Made by a program: the position numbers and the translations under genes. 64,000 nucleotides of DNA from Pseudomonadota bacterium (GTDB taxonomy: Bacteria > Pseudomonadota > Gammaproteobacteria > Burkholderiales > Rhodocyclaceae), in contig JAFEDK010000008.1 in NCBI GenBank assembly GCA_018241665.1, positions 391,050 through 455,049 on the forward strand. Reading direction: 5' to 3'. The notes beneath the pieces are model-generated. The model saw only the letters and a list, made by a program, of their open reading frames with translations. It made no database searches and was not told the DNA's origin. Position 1 is the stretch's first letter; each line of letters starts with the position of its first letter. Positions 10,267 to 19,678 of this stretch are shown one piece after another.

Positions 10267-11652
10267 TCAATGCGCGCCGTCGCCCGTCAACACCACTCTC
10301 ACGGTCTCGAAAAGCACCACTGTATCCAGGAACAAGGTGTGATTCTTCACGTAGTACAGATCGTACTGCAGTTTGTTGATCGCATCATCCACGGAGGAAC
10401 CGTACTGATAACGAACCTGGGCCCAGCCGGTCACGCCCGGCTTTACGCAATGACGGACAGCGTAGAACGGAATATCCTTGGTCAGCTGATCGACGAAGAA
10501 GGGGCGTTCGGGGCGCGGCCCGACCAGGCTCATGTCCCCCTTGAGGACGTTGAACAGCTGCGGCAACTCATCGATACGCACCTTGCGGATGAAGCGGCCG
10601 ATCCGCGTCACACGGTCGTCGTTGGCGGCAGCCCAACGCGGCTTGCCATCCCGCTCCGCATCCCGGCGCATGCTGCGGAACTTGGTGACCTTGAAAAGTC
10701 GCCCACCGAGTCCGACACGCTCCTGGCGGTAGAACACCGGCGCACCATCCTCGATGACGATCGCCAAAGCCGCGAGCACCATGACCGGCGCAGCCAGCAC
10801 GAGCAGCACGAGGGAAGCGACGATATCGAAAACCCGCTTGACCAGGGTGCGGGCCCAGCCCTGCCGGAAACCCTCACCATAGATCAGCCAGCTGGCCCGC
10901 AGGGAATCGATGCGCACCTGGCCTCGCACCCGCTCGAAGAAGCTGGACAGATCCAGCACCTTGATGCCGGCCATCTTGCAGTCGAGCAGTTCGCGCAGGG
11001 GAATCACGCCCCCTCGGCGCTCCTTGACCGCAACGATGATTTCATTGACCCGCAGCTCATTGGCCGCCGCCAGCAGGTTGCCCTCGAAATGAACGATCCG
11101 CTTCGGATCGACCCGAACATCGTCATTGCTGCCGGCAGGGTAGAAACCTACCACCTGAAGGCTGGAACTGCCGGGATGGGTCAACGCGTGCTCGACAGCA
11201 ACAGCGTCCGCCCCCGTCCCGATAACCATGATTCTCTTGACCAAAACGCCTGCCCCTGCACGCCGCACTGCCAATCCCCGCGCGGCAACCACCAGCCCCA
11301 GCAGAAGGATGACGTTCAACTCCATTGCCTCATGGGCGAAAACCCCCCACGGCAACACCCGGAACACGCCATAGGCCACCGGCACGCTCAGTGCGATGGA
11401 GATGGCCACGCGCATCAAGGTTTCACGCCACTCACCACCGAAGCCAACCCGATAGAGACCAAGCGCCCCGTTGAGGATCATCATTGCCACGGCGAATACC
11501 AGCGCCGACGGCACAACGGAGAACATGAGCTCCCCATTCACCTTGTCTTGCACCACGAACACGACAATCACCGCAACAAACAGCAACAGCGCATCGAACA
11601 GCAACTGCAATACGGTGTTGGAAGGTACGTAATGATTGAAGAGTTTCAGCAT
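10267..11652 (-). CDS. PEP-CTERM/exosortase-A system polyprenyl-phosphate sugar transferase (TIGR03013-like priming glycosyltransferase)
   Basis: Start taken at MLKLFNHY (ATG 11652). Five TM segments, then a bacterial sugar-transferase domain (KRVFD, FRSMR, RIDELPQL, GPRPERP, PGVTGWAQV). Confidence 0.92.
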   Translation of the reverse strand: MLKLFNHYVPSNTVLQLLFDALLLFVAVIVVFVVQDKVNGELMFSVVPSALVFAVAMMILNGALGLYRVGFGGEWRETLMRVAISIALSVPVAYGVFRVLPWGVFAHEAMELNVILLLGLVVAARGLAVRRAGAGVLVKRIMVIGTGADAVAVEHALTHPGSSSLQVVGFYPAGSNDDVRVDPKRIVHFEGNLLAAANELRVNEIIVAVKERRGGVIPLRELLDCKMAGIKVLDLSSFFERVRGQVRIDSLRASWLIYGEGFRQGWARTLVKRVFDIVASLVLLVLAAPVMVLAALAIVIEDGAPVFYRQERVGLGGRLFKVTKFRSMRRDAERDGKPRWAAANDDRVTRIGRFIRKVRIDELPQLFNVLKGDMSLVGPRPERPFFVDQLTKDIPFYAVRHCVKPGVTGWAQVRYQYGSSVDDAINKLQYDLYYVKNHTLFLDTVVLFETVRVVLTGDGAH

Positions 11653-12063
11653 CCCGAGCCCCGATCGATTTTTCAATACGATCGCCCATGCAAATTGAAT
11701 TAGACGATCAAGCGCAGAGACCTTCGCAGCGCCCAAAAAAGCGGCACATTATCTATGAAGACGGCGTGAAGGTCATGCCGATTGTGCACTGCAAATTTGC
11801 CAAATGCGTGAAACCCTGCGCACTCGAACGATAGCCCCAGGTGCCCGAAACACCCGTGATACCTGTCACACGGGGAATGACATTTCAGCCATCACGATGC
11901 CCGCAACGGGCCGAAACCCGAACTCGATCGGCATGCAACACGTTCTCAACAAAACACAACACAATGATTAATAACGAATTTTATAAAACATTCCGATTTT
12001 CATTGAAATTGACATCCAAATTCCGCCAAGCCCAAAAGAGAACAACGACATAACCCGAAAAAC

Positions 12064-13959
12064 TCAAAGCTCAATTTGGGTGCCAAATTCGACCACCCGG
12101 TTTGCCGGGATGCAGAAAAAGTCGGCCGCGCTGTGCGCATTCCTGAAAAGCAGGATGAACAGCCGCTCCCGCCACAAGCCAAGGGAAGTGCCGGTCCTCG
12201 GAATCAGCGTCTCCCGCCCGAGGAAAAACGAGGACTCCATCAGTTCGAAGGGCAGGCCCTGATCCTCACACATTGCCAACGCGGCGGGAATGTCCGGATC
12301 GTCCTTGAAACCGTAGCGGACGAAGACCCGATAAAAGCCAAAATCCAGCTCCTCCACCCTGACCCGCTCCGTATCCGGCACGTAGGGAATGTCATCGGTC
12401 ACCACGTTCACCAACACCACCCGGGCATGCAGGACCTTGTTGTGCAGCAGATTGTGCAGCAGCGCGCGAGGCACACCGTCAGGCGCGGTGGTCATGAACA
12501 CCCCGGTTCCCGGCACCCGCAAAGGCGGATCGTGGAACATCGACTGGATGAACAGGTCGAGGGGCATCGTGTCCTGGCGCATCCGCTCAGAGAGCGCCGC
12601 CCGCCCCCGTTTCCAGGTCATCAGCAGCGTATGCACCGCCAGGCCCATTGCCAGCGGAAACCAGCCGCCGTCGAAGATCTTGACGCTGTTGGCCGCGAAG
12701 AAGCCGAAATCGACCGTGAAGAACAGGGCCAGAAAGGCCACTGCGGGCGCCCAGCGCCATTGCCACAGGGCCCGCACCACGACGAATGCCAGCACCGTGT
12801 CGATCATCATCGTCAGGGTCACCGCGATACCGTAGGCCGAGGCCAGCGCGCTGGACGAGCGGAAGCCGATCACCAGTGCCACCACGGCACCGAGCAGGAG
12901 CCAGTTCACATTGGGCACATAGATCTGCCCCATCTCCTTGTCGGAGGTGTGAACGACGTGGATCCGCGGCGAGTAGCCCAGCTGTACGGCCTGCTTGGTG
13001 AGCGAGAAGGCCCCCGAGATCACGGCCTGGGAGGCAATGATGGTGGCCAGCGTCGACAGGCCGACCATCGGCAGCAACAGGGGCTCCGGCACCAGCAGGT
13101 AAAAGGGATTGGCCACAGCCTTCGGGTTGTCGAGGATCAGCGCCCCCTGGCCCAGATAGTTGAGGTACAGGGCCGGAAACACGTAGCCGAACCACGCAAC
13201 CTTGATCGGGCGCCGGCCGAAATGGCCCATGTCCGCATAGAGGGCCTCACCGCCGGTGATCGCCAGCACGACCGCCCCCAGTGCCAGGAAGCCGATCCAG
13301 TGGTTGTCGGCAAAGAAGCTCACCGCATAGGCCGGATTGATGGCCCGCAGCACATCGGGGTGGCGGGTGATGTTCATGGCGCCCAGCACCCCGAGGGTCG
13401 TGAACCAGAACAGCATCACCGGCCCGAACACCGCACCGACCCGCGCTGTTCCCTTGCTCTGGATCACGAACAGGCCAATCAGCACGATCAGCGAGATCGG
13501 CAGCACATAGGGCTTGAAGGCCGGGGTCACCACTTCCAGCCCCTCCACCGCCGACAACACCGAGATTGCCGGCGTGATCACCCCGTCCCCATAGAACAGC
13601 GCCGCCCCGAACAGCCCCAGGCCGGCCATCGCAGCCCCCAGGCGCGGTGACTTGCTGGTACGCAGCGCGAGGGACGTCAGGGCCATGATGCCACCCTCGC
13701 CCCGGTTATCGGCCCGCATGATGTACACAACGTACTTGAGGGAGACGACGATGGTCAGCGCCCAGAACACCAGGGACAGGATGCCGAGCACGTTGTCAGG
13801 TGTCACCGGCACCGCGTGGGGGCCGTTGAAAACCTCCTTCATCGTATATAGAGGGCTCGTGCCGATGTCGCCGAACACTACCCCCATCGCCGCCAACGCC
13901 ACCGGCAGGACCTGCATACGGGACTGCTTCTCTTGCCCGGGGGCAAGCACTGTACTCAT
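12064..13959 (-). CDS. kup: KUP/HAK/KT potassium uptake permease
   Basis: GVVFGDIGTSPLY, ADNRGEGG, YGDGVITPAISVLSA, GGEALYADMGHF, SFFLGRET. AGGAG RBS lies before ATG 13959. Confidence 0.96.
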   Translation of the reverse strand: MSTVLAPGQEKQSRMQVLPVALAAMGVVFGDIGTSPLYTMKEVFNGPHAVPVTPDNVLGILSLVFWALTIVVSLKYVVYIMRADNRGEGGIMALTSLALRTSKSPRLGAAMAGLGLFGAALFYGDGVITPAISVLSAVEGLEVVTPAFKPYVLPISLIVLIGLFVIQSKGTARVGAVFGPVMLFWFTTLGVLGAMNITRHPDVLRAINPAYAVSFFADNHWIGFLALGAVVLAITGGEALYADMGHFGRRPIKVAWFGYVFPALYLNYLGQGALILDNPKAVANPFYLLVPEPLLLPMVGLSTLATIIASQAVISGAFSLTKQAVQLGYSPRIHVVHTSDKEMGQIYVPNVNWLLLGAVVALVIGFRSSSALASAYGIAVTLTMMIDTVLAFVVVRALWQWRWAPAVAFLALFFTVDFGFFAANSVKIFDGGWFPLAMGLAVHTLLMTWKRGRAALSERMRQDTMPLDLFIQSMFHDPPLRVPGTGVFMTTAPDGVPRALLHNLLHNKVLHARVVLVNVVTDDIPYVPDTERVRVEELDFGFYRVFVRYGFKDDPDIPAALAMCEDQGLPFELMESSFFLGRETLIPRTGTSLGLWRERLFILLFRNAHSAADFFCIPANRVVEFGTQIEL

Positions 13960-14141
13960 ACGGCTCTCCTGAAACACCTCCGGGCGGATCGCGGGATCCC
14001 TCCGGGGAATTCGCCGCCAGCACTCGGAGTGCCGGCGATCTGACCCCGGGAGCAGGTCCATCGGCGATGTCCCGCCACGCTCGGGGCCGAGATACTACCG
14101 CATCGCAACAAGAGCAGGCGTCGGAACGCGACGGAGGGGCA

Positions 14142-15008
14142 TCACGCCTCGGGCAGCTCGAAGGAGACCGCGACGTCCGCGGGCGGTGCCATATAGGGAG
14201 CGGAGGTCACCAGCAGGTCGGCCCCCGCCGCGACGAATGCCGCCGCATTGTCCGCCTTGACGCCACCCGCGGCAGCAAGCAGCGGTACGCCATGCCGCTC
14301 CGGCACAAGGGCATCCACCAGCTGCCTGCACGCTGCCACCTGCTCGACCGAGAATTTTTCCAGTTGCAGCACATCGGCGCCGGCCCCGGCCCATTCGCGA
14401 GCCTCCTCGACACTCCCGACCTCCACGACGATCTTCTTCTCAGGCTCCCGAGCCCGCAGGCGCGCAACGGTCTGGGCGGGCGTCTCGCCCACGAACAGCC
14501 GGTGCTCGGCAAACACCAGCAGCGACTCGGACAGGCCCAGCCGGTGGATCGTCGCCCCGCCGACGCGCACAGCCTTCACTGACATGGCCTTCGCGCCGGG
14601 CACGTTCTTCCGCGTACACGCCACCGCCACCCGGCGCCCGTCCACCTCGGCCGACTTGACGATAGCCGCAGCCGCCCCGGCAAGGCCGCTGGCCCACTCC
14701 ATCAGCACCTGCCCCGTCTTCCAGGCTGCATGCAGCGCCGCGACCTGACCTTCAGCCTCCAGCAGCAGGCGCCCAGCCTCCGCGTGGCTGCCCGACGGCA
14801 CCCACAGGCGCGCCCGTGCGCCGGCCAGTTGGAACAGACGGGTCGCCTCCTCGGAACCACACACGGTCATGGCCCCGCGGGCACGAAACATCACCCGCCC
14901 TTCCCGCATGCCAATACCCAACGATTCGGTGGTCAGGTCACCGCATGACACATCGTCGGCAAGCAACGCCAGCAGCGTCACATCCGGCAAGTTGAACGAA
15001 GACATCAT
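14142..15008 (-). CDS. modD: ModD protein (NadC/ModD quinolinate-phosphoribosyltransferase-like family)
   Basis: LLADDV..GDLTT, CTRKNVPG, GG..HRLGLSES.LVF.EH, EKKIVVEV, LQLEKF, AAAGG, LVTSAPY. Start placed at ATG 15008 behind GGGAG. Confidence 0.85.
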   Translation of the reverse strand: MMSSFNLPDVTLLALLADDVSCGDLTTESLGIGMREGRVMFRARGAMTVCGSEEATRLFQLAGARARLWVPSGSHAEAGRLLLEAEGQVAALHAAWKTGQVLMEWASGLAGAAAAIVKSAEVDGRRVAVACTRKNVPGAKAMSVKAVRVGGATIHRLGLSESLLVFAEHRLFVGETPAQTVARLRAREPEKKIVVEVGSVEEAREWAGAGADVLQLEKFSVEQVAACRQLVDALVPERHGVPLLAAAGGVKADNAAAFVAAGADLLVTSAPYMAPPADVAVSFELPEA

Positions 15009-15241
15009 CAGGACTCCCGAAATCGATGACGGAAACAGCACGAGAGCACCGATGATACTCGCCGGGCGCATTAACGCAGCCGGTGCGGAGTACGCCACGA
15101 CAGCCCGGCGGTTGCCCTCCCATGACAAAATGGGCACGGCTACAATATTGGCGACTTGCCGCACGGAACCCGGGTTTGCACCGAAACGCCCTTGACCGCC
15201 ATCGGCTTTCAACCCTAGCAACCCGAAACCGCAGACAGCCC

Positions 15242-18200
15242 ATGCCTTTTCCCCCGCGGATACAGCAGATCGCCGGAATAGCCGTCGCCTACGCGATATG
15301 CGGCCTGATCGCGCTCCATATCGCGATCCCGCCGGGCTACGTCGCGCCGCTGTACCCCCCGGCAGGCATCGCACTGGCCTGCATGCTGATCTACGGCCGG
15401 GGGATCTGGCCGGCCATCTTCATCGGCGCGGCGGTCACCAACATAGAGGCCGTGCTGCGCGCCGGACTCGGCGGCATCAACTGGGTCATGCCCCTGTGCG
15501 TCGCCACCGGCGCCGTGCTGCAGGCCTTCGCCGGCTTTGCGCTGGTCCGGCGCTGGGTAGGTTTTCCAAACGCGCTCGACAGTGCCGGCGCCATCCTGCG
15601 CTTTTTCTTCCTCTCCGCCCCGCTGAGCTGTGTGATCAGTGCCAGCGTCGGCGTCGGCGCCCTGTCCCTGCTGGGCTCGGTGCCAGAGCACGACGCCGTT
15701 TTCAGCTGGTGGAACTGGTGGGCCGGGGATTCGATCGGCATCCTCATCGCCACCCCGCTGATCTTCGCCTTCTGGGGCCAGCCCCGGGGCGACTGGGCAC
15801 CACGCCGGCTGGGGCTGGCGATTCCGATGGGCATCGCGCTGATCCTGCTGGTCGGCCTGGAGATCCAGATCGGCCAGTGGGAACGCCAGCGCCTGCAGTC
15901 CCGTTTCGAGAGCGACGCCCACTTCCTTTCCAACCTGCTGGGCAACCGTCTTTCGGAATACCTGTCGGTCCTCCAGTCTGCCGAACGGGTCATGGTCGCC
16001 GCCCCGGGTCTGGACGACGCAGGCTTCCAGCAGTTCGCCGCCTCATGGCTCAGGCGCCTCGGCGGACTGCAGGCCATCGGCTGGATTCCGCGCATCCCCG
16101 GCGGCCAGCGCCCGGCGTTCGAGCGTGTCGCCGCCGGCAGCTCCAATGAAGCCGGCTTTCGCATCCTCGATCGCGGGCCCGCCAACGAGCTCTACCCGGC
16201 CGGATCCCGGCCCGAGTATTACCCTGTGCGCTTCGTCGCCCCCCTGGAGTCCAACCGACGGGTCATCGGCGTAGATGTATCGACAATCCCGGCCAGCGCC
16301 GAAGCCATGCTGCGTACCAGCGCCGACGGCAAGGCCGCGGCATCGCGGGCGTTCGAGCTCACCCAGGAAACGGAAGGCATGGCGGGCGTGGTGCTTTATC
16401 AGCGTACCAACCAACACGGCCGCCCCCCCCCGGCAGCCCCTGACGGCTTCGTCTTCCTCGCCCTGCGCATCGGTGACGTTGTGGTCAACGCCCTGCGCGG
16501 CCATGAGCTCCCCGGCATTCAGTACTGTCTCACCGAAAAGGCCCGCAACACGGCGGTCGGTCACCATCTCGCCGGCCTGCAAAGCTGCCCGCCGGCCGAC
16601 GCCACCGGCATGGACGGGCTCTCGCCGTGGGTCGAAGACATCGAATTCGGCGGCCAGGCCTGGACACTGACCCTCACCACCGACTCGAGCTACGCCTTCC
16701 GTCACCGGGGCTGGGAAGCGTGGACCCTGCTCGCCATCGGCCTGCTGAGCACCGGGGTCCTCGGCGCCTTCCTGCTCACCACCACCGGACGCGCACGCCG
16801 CGTCGAGGAACTCGTGGAACGGCGGACCACCGAGCTGGCAGAAGCAGGCCGCCGCCTGGTCGAGCAACAGGCGGTCCTCACCCACGCCGAGCGGATTGCC
16901 CGCCTGGGCAGCTGGGAGACCAATCTAGCGAGTGGCCGCAGCCACTGGTCCGCCGAGCTGTACCGCATCCTGGGCCTTCCCGCCGACACCGCCAGCACGC
17001 CGCAGGACCTCCTCGCTGCCATTCACCCGAACGACAGGGCGCTGCTGCAGGACACCCTCGAACGGGTGCGCCAGGGTCAGGCCAGCGCCAATCTGGATGT
17101 ACACCTGGCCAACCCCGAGCGGGAAGGCCAGGTCGTCCATTTCAGCATTGAAGCGACGCCGGCCCTGGATGGCACGCGCACCCTGCGCGGCACCGTGCAG
17201 GACGTGTCGGAAAGCCGTGCGGCCGAAGCGCACATCCACTACCTCGCCCACTACGACACCCTGACCGGCCTGCCCAACCGCAGCCTGTGGATCAACCGTG
17301 CCGAACAGGCCCTGGCCTTCGCGCGCCGCAACCATACCTGCGTCGGCGTGCTGTTCCTCGATCTGGACAACTTCAAGAAGGTCAACGACACCCTCGGCCA
17401 TCCGACCGGTGACCGCCTGCTGTCCGCCGCAGCCACGCGCCTGTCCCAGTGCCTGCGCGACGAGGATGTGCTGGCCCGCCTCGGCGGTGACGAATTCGTC
17501 GTGCTGCTTCCCCAGCTGACTCGTTCCGACGACGCGGCCACCGTGGCCCGCAAGCTGCTCGACAGCCTGGCCCTGCCCTTCGACATCGACGGGCAGGAGC
17601 TCACCGTCAGCACCAGTATCGGCATCGCCCTCGCACCGGACAACGGCACCGACGTGGACGTCCTCCTGAAGCATGCGGACACCGCCATGTACGACGCCAA
17701 GAACGAAGGGCGCAACGATTTCCGCTTCTTCACCCAGGACATGAACAGCCGCGCCTACGCGCGCCTGATGCTCGAAAACGCGCTGCGGCGGGCCATCGAA
17801 CGCAACGAACTGGTGCTCGAATACCAACCCCAGTGGGAAATGCCTGGCCAGCGCCTGATCGGCGTCGAAGCCCTGGTGCGCTGGGACAGCCCCGAGCGCG
17901 GCCGTGTCCCGCCGGGGGAGTTCATCCCCCTCGCCGAGGAAACCGGCCTGATCCACGCCATCAGCGATTGGGTGCTTCACGAAGCCGCCCGCCAGCAGGC
18001 CGTCTGGCGCGACGCCGGCCTGCCCCCGCTGACCATCGCCATCAACATCTCGGCATTGCAGTTCCGCCGCCCGGGCTTCATCGACCGGCTGCGCCACGCC
18101 CTGAACCACTGGAAGGTTCCGCCGGGCAGTTTCGAACTGGAGATCACCGAGAGCGCGTTGATGCAACCCAGCAGCGAAACCGAACAGCAATTCGCCACCC

Positions 18201-18550
18201 TGCGCAGCCTCGGGGTCGGCCTTGCGCTGGACGACTTCGGTACCGGCTATTCAAGCCTGTCCTACCTCAAGCGCCTGCCGCTGACCCGCCTGAAGATCGA
18301 CCGCTCCTTCGTGCAGGACCTGCCCGGCGACCCGGAAGACGCCGCGATTGCCGCTGCCACGCTTTCCATCGCCCGCGACCTGGGCCTTGAGGTCGTCGCC
18401 GAAGGCGTCGAGACCGAAGCCCAGCGCGACTTCCTGCTCGAACGTCAGTGCCGCGTGATGCAGGGCTTCCTGCTCGCCCGCCCCCAACCTGCGGTCGACA
18501 TCACCCGCCTGCTGCGCGCTGAGGCCGAGCGCAGCCCGGCCCTGGCCTGA
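15242..18550 (+). CDS. MASE1-CHASE-PAS-GGDEF-EAL c-di-GMP turnover protein
   Basis: MASE1-like TM block (WPAIFIG, WWAGDSIG), CHASE-like region, PAS (HPNDR), RDED I-site plus GGDEF, EALVRW and DDFGTGYSSL. Start taken at ATG 15242. Confidence 0.9.
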   Translation: MPFPPRIQQIAGIAVAYAICGLIALHIAIPPGYVAPLYPPAGIALACMLIYGRGIWPAIFIGAAVTNIEAVLRAGLGGINWVMPLCVATGAVLQAFAGFALVRRWVGFPNALDSAGAILRFFFLSAPLSCVISASVGVGALSLLGSVPEHDAVFSWWNWWAGDSIGILIATPLIFAFWGQPRGDWAPRRLGLAIPMGIALILLVGLEIQIGQWERQRLQSRFESDAHFLSNLLGNRLSEYLSVLQSAERVMVAAPGLDDAGFQQFAASWLRRLGGLQAIGWIPRIPGGQRPAFERVAAGSSNEAGFRILDRGPANELYPAGSRPEYYPVRFVAPLESNRRVIGVDVSTIPASAEAMLRTSADGKAAASRAFELTQETEGMAGVVLYQRTNQHGRPPPAAPDGFVFLALRIGDVVVNALRGHELPGIQYCLTEKARNTAVGHHLAGLQSCPPADATGMDGLSPWVEDIEFGGQAWTLTLTTDSSYAFRHRGWEAWTLLAIGLLSTGVLGAFLLTTTGRARRVEELVERRTTELAEAGRRLVEQQAVLTHAERIARLGSWETNLASGRSHWSAELYRILGLPADTASTPQDLLAAIHPNDRALLQDTLERVRQGQASANLDVHLANPEREGQVVHFSIEATPALDGTRTLRGTVQDVSESRAAEAHIHYLAHYDTLTGLPNRSLWINRAEQALAFARRNHTCVGVLFLDLDNFKKVNDTLGHPTGDRLLSAAATRLSQCLRDEDVLARLGGDEFVVLLPQLTRSDDAATVARKLLDSLALPFDIDGQELTVSTSIGIALAPDNGTDVDVLLKHADTAMYDAKNEGRNDFRFFTQDMNSRAYARLMLENALRRAIERNELVLEYQPQWEMPGQRLIGVEALVRWDSPERGRVPPGEFIPLAEETGLIHAISDWVLHEAARQQAVWRDAGLPPLTIAINISALQFRRPGFIDRLRHALNHWKVPPGSFELEITESALMQPSSETEQQFATLRSLGVGLALDDFGTGYSSLSYLKRLPLTRLKIDRSFVQDLPGDPEDAAIAAATLSIARDLGLEVVAEGVETEAQRDFLLERQCRVMQGFLLARPQPAVDITRLLRAEAERSPALA

Positions 18551-18572
18551 GCACGCCCTTCATTCCCGCCGA

Positions 18573-18598
18573 GGGCTTCTGTGGGGGGCTTCTGTGGG
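18573..18598. repeat. Two tandem 13-mers GGGCTTCTGTGGG overlapping the left end of REP doublet 1
   Basis: Direct reading: copies at 18573-18585 and 18586-18598. Confidence 0.8.
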
Positions 18599-18660
18599 GG
18601 CGAATTCATTCGCCCGACGCTGGCTGATCAAGTGCCGCGGGCGAATGAATTCGCCCCTAC
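18594..18660. repeat. REP doublet (REPIN-like) 1
   Basis: GTGGGGGCGAATTCATTCGCCC (18594-18615), 23-nt spacer, then the inverted copy GGGCGAATGAATTCGCCCCTAC (18639-18660). GTAG/GTGG tetranucleotide ends; lies between convergent genes. Confidence 0.9.
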
Positions 18661-18661
18661 A

Positions 18662-18698
18662 GTTTGCCCTCAACCGTTTGCCCTCAACCGTTTGCCCT
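18662..18698. repeat. About 2.6 tandem 14-mers GTTTGCCCTCAACC at the right end of REP doublet 1
   Basis: Copies at 18662-18675 and 18676-18689, partial copy at 18690-18698. Confidence 0.8.
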
Positions 18699-18727
18699 TA
18701 CAGTTCAGGCCCAGTCCCCAGTCCAGC

Positions 18728-19678
18728 CTAGCCTTCTCCGGCGCCGCCGGCACGGATCCGCGCCATCGCTACGGAAGCAGCCGCGGTGCGGTTCTCGACG
18801 CCCAGCTTGGCGAAGACGTGCTCCAGGTGCTTGTTGACGGTGCGTGGGCTGGAACCGAGGATCTCGCCGATGTCTGGGCTGGTCTTCCCCTTGATCACCC
18901 AGTAGAGCACCTCAGCCTCGCGGTTGGTCAGGCGGAAGGCGCCCATCAGCGCGTCGAGCACCGCCGCGTCCGATTCCTCGCGCAGGCTCACCAGCCACTC
19001 GTCGTCGCCAGTCCGGTCGTGCAGCGTGCAGATCAGCCGGCGTGCGCCCTGGTTCAGTGACAGGGGCGGAAACTCGCGCCCCTCGCCGCGGGCGCGGCCC
19101 GAGGACTGCAGCCAGGCCATCACCGACGGCGGTGCCTGGTCCTCGATGCACGCCGTCCCTTCGAAGTAGGTCTGCATCAGCTTCCGCGCCAGCGGCGTCT
19201 GCCATACCACCCGGCCGCTCTCCGGGCGGATCGCCAGGGTCGCCTGCCCGAAGGCATCCAGCGCGCTGCGCGCCTGCTTCATCAGGCGCGCGCTCTGCAT
19301 GTGGGCGGCGATGCGGGCCAGTACCTCCTGCGGGCGGATCGGCTTGGTCACGTAATCCGCCCCACCGGCGGCGAAGGCCGCCACCACGTGCTCGGTCTCG
19401 GTCAGCCCGGTCATGAAGACGATGGGGATATGGCGCGTCGTGAAATCCGCCTTCAGGCGCCGCGCCACCTCGAAGCCATCCATCCCCGGCATCATCGCAT
19501 CGAGCAGGATCACGTCGGGCAGGCTCTGGCGCGCCCGCTGCAGCGCCGTCTCGCCGTTGGTGGCGACCAGCACCGTGTAGCCGGATTCGTCGAGGGCGTC
19601 GTGGAGCACCGACAGGTTCTCCGGGATGTCGTCCACGATCAGCACGAGGTCGGAATTGAGCCGGTCGAAATCAGGCAT
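18728..19678 (-). CDS. Response regulator, REC plus C-terminal LuxR-type HTH
   Basis: VLIVDD, ILLDAMMP, YVTKP; C-terminal LTNREAEVLYWVIKGKTSPDIGEIL..SPRTVNKHLEHVFAKLGVENR. Start ATG 19678 overlaps the upstream stop. Confidence 0.9.
   Translation of the reverse strand: MPDFDRLNSDLVLIVDDIPENLSVLHDALDESGYTVLVATNGETALQRARQSLPDVILLDAMMPGMDGFEVARRLKADFTTRHIPIVFMTGLTETEHVVAAFAAGGADYVTKPIRPQEVLARIAAHMQSARLMKQARSALDAFGQATLAIRPESGRVVWQTPLARKLMQTYFEGTACIEDQAPPSVMAWLQSSGRARGEGREFPPLSLNQGARRLICTLHDRTGDDEWLVSLREESDAAVLDALMGAFRLTNREAEVLYWVIKGKTSPDIGEILGSSPRTVNKHLEHVFAKLGVENRTAAASVAMARIRAGGAGEG

Noticed and set aside
15009-15241. Possible Moco riboswitch or ModE box upstream of modD
   Set aside because: No match to the consensus features I know; an Rfam scan would be needed to exclude it formally.
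18573-18700. Repeat-spacer-repeat look of the REP elements as a possible CRISPR array (also 38651-38786)
   Set aside because: The arms are inverted, not direct; each locus has one spacer, the two loci are 20 kb apart, and there are no cas genes.
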